This document shows, one piece after another, positions 59,941 to 64,000 of a DNA stretch of 64,000 nucleotides (its first letter is position 1; each line of letters begins with the position of its first letter). A program made the position numbers and the translations under genes. The notes beneath the pieces were generated by a model that was not told the origin of the DNA, ran no database searches, and saw nothing but the letters and a program-made list of their open reading frames with translations. This DNA comes from an uncultured delta proteobacterium (GTDB lineage: Bacteria; Myxococcota_A; Polyangia; Polyangiales; Polyangiaceae). The stretch lies in assembly GCA_963696385.1 (NCBI GenBank), contig CAVOKF010000007.1, positions 800,001-864,000 of the forward strand. The letters run 5' to 3'.

Positions 59941-62190
59941 TCACTTCGAAGTGGCGACGAAAACGCCATCCCAATCCGCAGGGGGCGGATGCTCCGCCAG
60001 CACGCGGGATCGTTCCGACAAAACGCGCGATGGAGGATCGGTGTCGCACTGCGCTTCGAGCCGCGATCGGGCCGCATCGAAGCGCAGCGCCCAATAATCG
60101 TCGAGGGCCGCCTCGTAGGCCTCGACGAACGGTGGGCGGTGCGGACCCAGCGGGCCGAGCAATTCGTACACGCCGACGGCTTTCGTTTTTCCCTTCACCG
60201 CGACCTTGTCGATGCGGCGGAAGGAGAATTCATCGCTCGTTCTGGCGACCACGGAGCCGCTCACCAGGGCCGTCACTCCGTAAAGCTTGCCCAGGGCTTC
60301 GAGGCGGGAAGCCAAGTTGACCCCGTCGCCCAACGCCGTGAAGCTCATTCGCTCGGGGGCACCAAAGTGCCCCACCAGAACGCGATCGGTGTGGAGGCCG
60401 AACCGCGTGACGAGTGGCGGCAGTCCCGCCCATGCCGGCGACGCGTAGAGCACGCGCGTCGCTTGCTGGCACGCCAGGATCGCGCGGCAACCGCAGGCCG
60501 CGTGCCGCTCCACGGGGCTCGGCGCGTTCCACAGGGCCATGACGGCATCGCCGATGAACTTGTCGATCGTGCCGCCGGTCGACCGAATGGCACCCGCCAT
60601 GGCGTCGAGGTACCGGCCGAGCGCACCGGCGAGATCGTCGGGCGTCAAGCGCTCGGCGAGACCGGTAAAGCCGCGGATGTCGGTAAACAGGATCGTGAGC
60701 TCGGCCAGCTCGCCGCCGAGCTTCGGCTCGCGATTCTCGCGATAGAGCTCCCGCACGAGATCGACGGGCGCGTACTTGCCCAGGGTGCGCATCGCCGTTT
60801 TCGCACGCTCCAGGCTCTCCAGAACGGTCTGAACATCGCGAAAGGGGGCATCGACCGGCGCCGGTGAAAAATCGAACGAACGCATGCGCGACGTCGCCAC
60901 CGCGACGCGAGCCAATCCTCGCCGGACGGCGCGCGCGGTCCAGGCGCCGCCGATCACGACGAACGCCATGGCGAAGAGATAAAGCAGCAGAAATCGGTTG
61001 CGGACCGCCTCGAGGCGATGCGTGTACACGTCCTCCGGCACGACCACGCCCACGATCCAGTCTTGGGTGTCGCGAAGTCCGAGAAATGTAAATAGGTAGC
61101 GCCGGCCGGCTGCGACGAAGCTGCCGGTCGTCTCGGCGCCACGGGTCGTTTGCCCCAGAAGCGGCTGGCGGAGGGCCTCGACGACGTCGGGCGGCTCGTG
61201 CGACGAAACGACGCGAAGGTCGTCGCCGAAGACCTGCAGACGATCGTCGGCGGCGACGCGCGTCACGAGCCTGCCGCTCGCATCGCACAGAAAGACGCGG
61301 GAGTCGGCGTCGGCGTCTTCGGGCGCCCGCTTCGGGCTCGTGGCCTCGTCGATCTGTTCGGTAAGAAGGCCCACTCGGAGCACACCGAGAAAGCCACCGG
61401 ATCGACCTTCCAACGCCTTTTGCACCGTCATCACGACGCGCGCGCGCGATCGCGGGTCGAGATCGGACCAATGCAGGTCGCTCCAGAGGGCGCGGCCCCG
61501 GCCGTCGCGCGCGGCGGCGGCCCTGAAGGTCCATTGCGACGTCGGATCGGTCACGGCCCCGGCGGCAACGAACCGCCCTGTCGCGAGGGACGCACCGGAC
61601 AAGCGGTCGCGGCGTTCGACGTTCCACGTGCCGTCACGCTCCACGACGCGGCGCGTGACGATGCCGCTCGAAGGGTCGGCGCCCTCGCGGTAGACCGAGA
61701 GCTCCCAGCGGGGTCGTGCCGACAACCGCGCGTCTCCCGCCGCGTCGTAGCCCATCGCCTCGGCGCGCGTGAACGTCACGTCCGACAGCGTGGGCTCGTC
61801 GACCAGCGCGGCGAAGATGGCGCGCTCGAGCGAAACCGGGTCGTCGACATCGACGACGCCGAATCGAAGCTGCCGCTCCAGATCGGTCACCGTGCGGCCG
61901 GCGCGGCCGAGGTCTTCGGCAACGATTTGCTCGACCCGACGCGCCTGAGCCCCGCGCAGCGGATCGGCGGCGGCGAGGATCGACCGCTTCGACGCGGCAA
62001 GAAACCCGTACAGAAGCAGCGCCACGACAAGTGCCGTACCGCCGGTCACGAGCCAAAAGGCCACCGTGAGCGTCAATCGCCGGGGGCGCCACGGCGCGTC
62101 CTCCGACGTCACGGCTCCGTCCGGACCCTGGGGCCCACGAGGGTCCGGGGCCGGCGAAAGACCACCGTTTCGATCGAGAGGCGCGACCAT
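59941..62190 (-). CDS. Class III adenylate cyclase with extracytoplasmic Cache-like sensor and HAMP (start uncertain)
   Basis: LFTDIRGFT, DKFIGDAVMA, FTALGDGVNLASRLE, VKGK; two TM helices. Confidence 0.92.
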   Translation of the reverse strand: MVAPLDRNGGLSPAPDPRGPQGPDGAVTSEDAPWRPRRLTLTVAFWLVTGGTALVVALLLYGFLAASKRSILAAADPLRGAQARRVEQIVAEDLGRAGRTVTDLERQLRFGVVDVDDPVSLERAIFAALVDEPTLSDVTFTRAEAMGYDAAGDARLSARPRWELSVYREGADPSSGIVTRRVVERDGTWNVERRDRLSGASLATGRFVAAGAVTDPTSQWTFRAAAARDGRGRALWSDLHWSDLDPRSRARVVMTVQKALEGRSGGFLGVLRVGLLTEQIDEATSPKRAPEDADADSRVFLCDASGRLVTRVAADDRLQVFGDDLRVVSSHEPPDVVEALRQPLLGQTTRGAETTGSFVAAGRRYLFTFLGLRDTQDWIVGVVVPEDVYTHRLEAVRNRFLLLYLFAMAFVVIGGAWTARAVRRGLARVAVATSRMRSFDFSPAPVDAPFRDVQTVLESLERAKTAMRTLGKYAPVDLVRELYRENREPKLGGELAELTILFTDIRGFTGLAERLTPDDLAGALGRYLDAMAGAIRSTGGTIDKFIGDAVMALWNAPSPVERHAACGCRAILACQQATRVLYASPAWAGLPPLVTRFGLHTDRVLVGHFGAPERMSFTALGDGVNLASRLEALGKLYGVTALVSGSVVARTSDEFSFRRIDKVAVKGKTKAVGVYELLGPLGPHRPPFVEAYEAALDDYWALRFDAARSRLEAQCDTDPPSRVLSERSRVLAEHPPPADWDGVFVATSK

Positions 62191-62388
62191 TGCCGTTCGG
62201 CCGTCCGCACGGGCCGGCAAGCTCTCCGTTCGCGTAGCTTACGCCGGCCGTCGACCGCCGTTTCGATCGAGCACGATTTGCCGTTTTCTCGCCGGGCCCG
62301 CCGTCGCGGGGAAGGGGAAACCGAGGCGCCGCACGCTCGGACATCGAGCGGAAACGTCGAATGTCGATTCTAGCTTTCGGCGTAACGG

Positions 62389-62421
62389 CGTGACGCGGGT
62401 CACGTAAACCCGGTCACGTAA
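62389..62421. promoter_or_regulatory. CRP/FNR-like palindrome with overlapping direct repeats
   Basis: CGTGA-N6-TCACG at 62389-62404; GGTCACGTAA at 62398 and 62412. Confidence 0.5.
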
Positions 62422-62444
62422 GCCCTACGAGGAGAACATACGTT

Positions 62445-62705
62445 ATGAAATCGAGCCATGCGATGATTGCGGCCGCCGTCGGCGGAATCTTGATGGGCGC
62501 CGCGGGGTGCGCCTCGAATCCTCCACCGTCGGCCGCTGCCCCGGCGCCCGAAGCATCGAGTGCTCCGGCGGCGCCGGCGGCCAAGCATGCTTGCAAAGGA
62601 AAAAACGAGTGCAAGGGTCAAGGCGGCTGCAAGACCGACGCGCACGGGTGTCAGGGCAAGAACGATTGCAAAGGACAGGGCGGCTGCAGGGGCTGGGCGT
62701 ACTGA
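62445..62705 (+). CDS. Small Cys-rich exported peptide (BufA2/bufferin-precursor-like)
   Basis: GAGGAG RBS; signal/lipobox AAGC; two CxGKNxCKGQGGC repeats. Confidence 0.75.
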   Translation: MKSSHAMIAAAVGGILMGAAGCASNPPPSAAAPAPEASSAPAAPAAKHACKGKNECKGQGGCKTDAHGCQGKNDCKGQGGCRGWAY

Positions 62706-62756
62706 TCGGAGCCGGCGCCGCCTTTCCGCTTTGGGTGCGAGAGGAGTAGGCGCGAA

Positions 62757-62869
62757 CGACCGCGACCGCCGACCGCGACCGCCGACCGCGACCGCCGACC
62801 GCGACCGCCGACCGCGACCGCCGACTGCGACCGCCACCGCCGACCGCGACTACCGCGACCGAGACCGCG
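62757..62869 (+). repeat. Intergenic 13-bp tandem repeat (CGACCGCGACCGC)n
   Basis: About six units plus degenerate copies between convergent genes. Confidence 0.9.
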
Positions 62870-62883
62870 TGCGAAGGGCGCTC

Positions 62884-64000
<1,117 letters not shown>

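Noticed and set aside
50705..62705. One RiPP cluster made of the HExxH protein, PRMT-like enzyme, HTTM pair and Cys-rich peptide
   Set aside because: The genes are scattered, differently oriented and interleaved with unrelated genes.

Overview
GC-rich bacterial DNA whose gene content points to a myxobacterium, probably Polyangiaceae/Sorangiineae-like (inference): a Ser/Thr kinase-PEGA pair, MYXO-CTERM-type tails, DUF2330, DUF1552/DUF1592 and ECF sigma/anti-sigma pairs. Housekeeping genes lie at both ends: mgtA, USP, glgP, HU and a hybrid kinase on the left; sulfite/nitrite reductase, adenylate cyclase and a DEAD-box helicase on the right. Between them, about 37 kb (13-50 kb) is dominated by exported or surface proteins. 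Eight of these carry c-type heme motifs (12 motifs, three with atypical CX3CH/CX4CH spacing). The most notable candidate system is an outer-membrane heme conduit: a diheme lipoprotein, a Cyc2-like heme-porin fusion and a MYXO-CTERM-anchored monoheme protein, beside a beta-propeller-fused vanadium haloperoxidase. Other points of interest: D-[AGS]-[GSA] tripeptides pervading the linkers of exported proteins; an orphan bufferin-like Cys-rich peptide behind a CRP-like box; an orphan HExxH protein; a PRMT-like methyltransferase; a methyltransferase with a histone-H1-like tail; and a recent DUF2330 tandem duplication. Three genes carry single-base frameshifts, possibly assembly errors. No rRNA, tRNA, CRISPR array or transposase was recognised. 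All family assignments come from motif recognition, not database searches.
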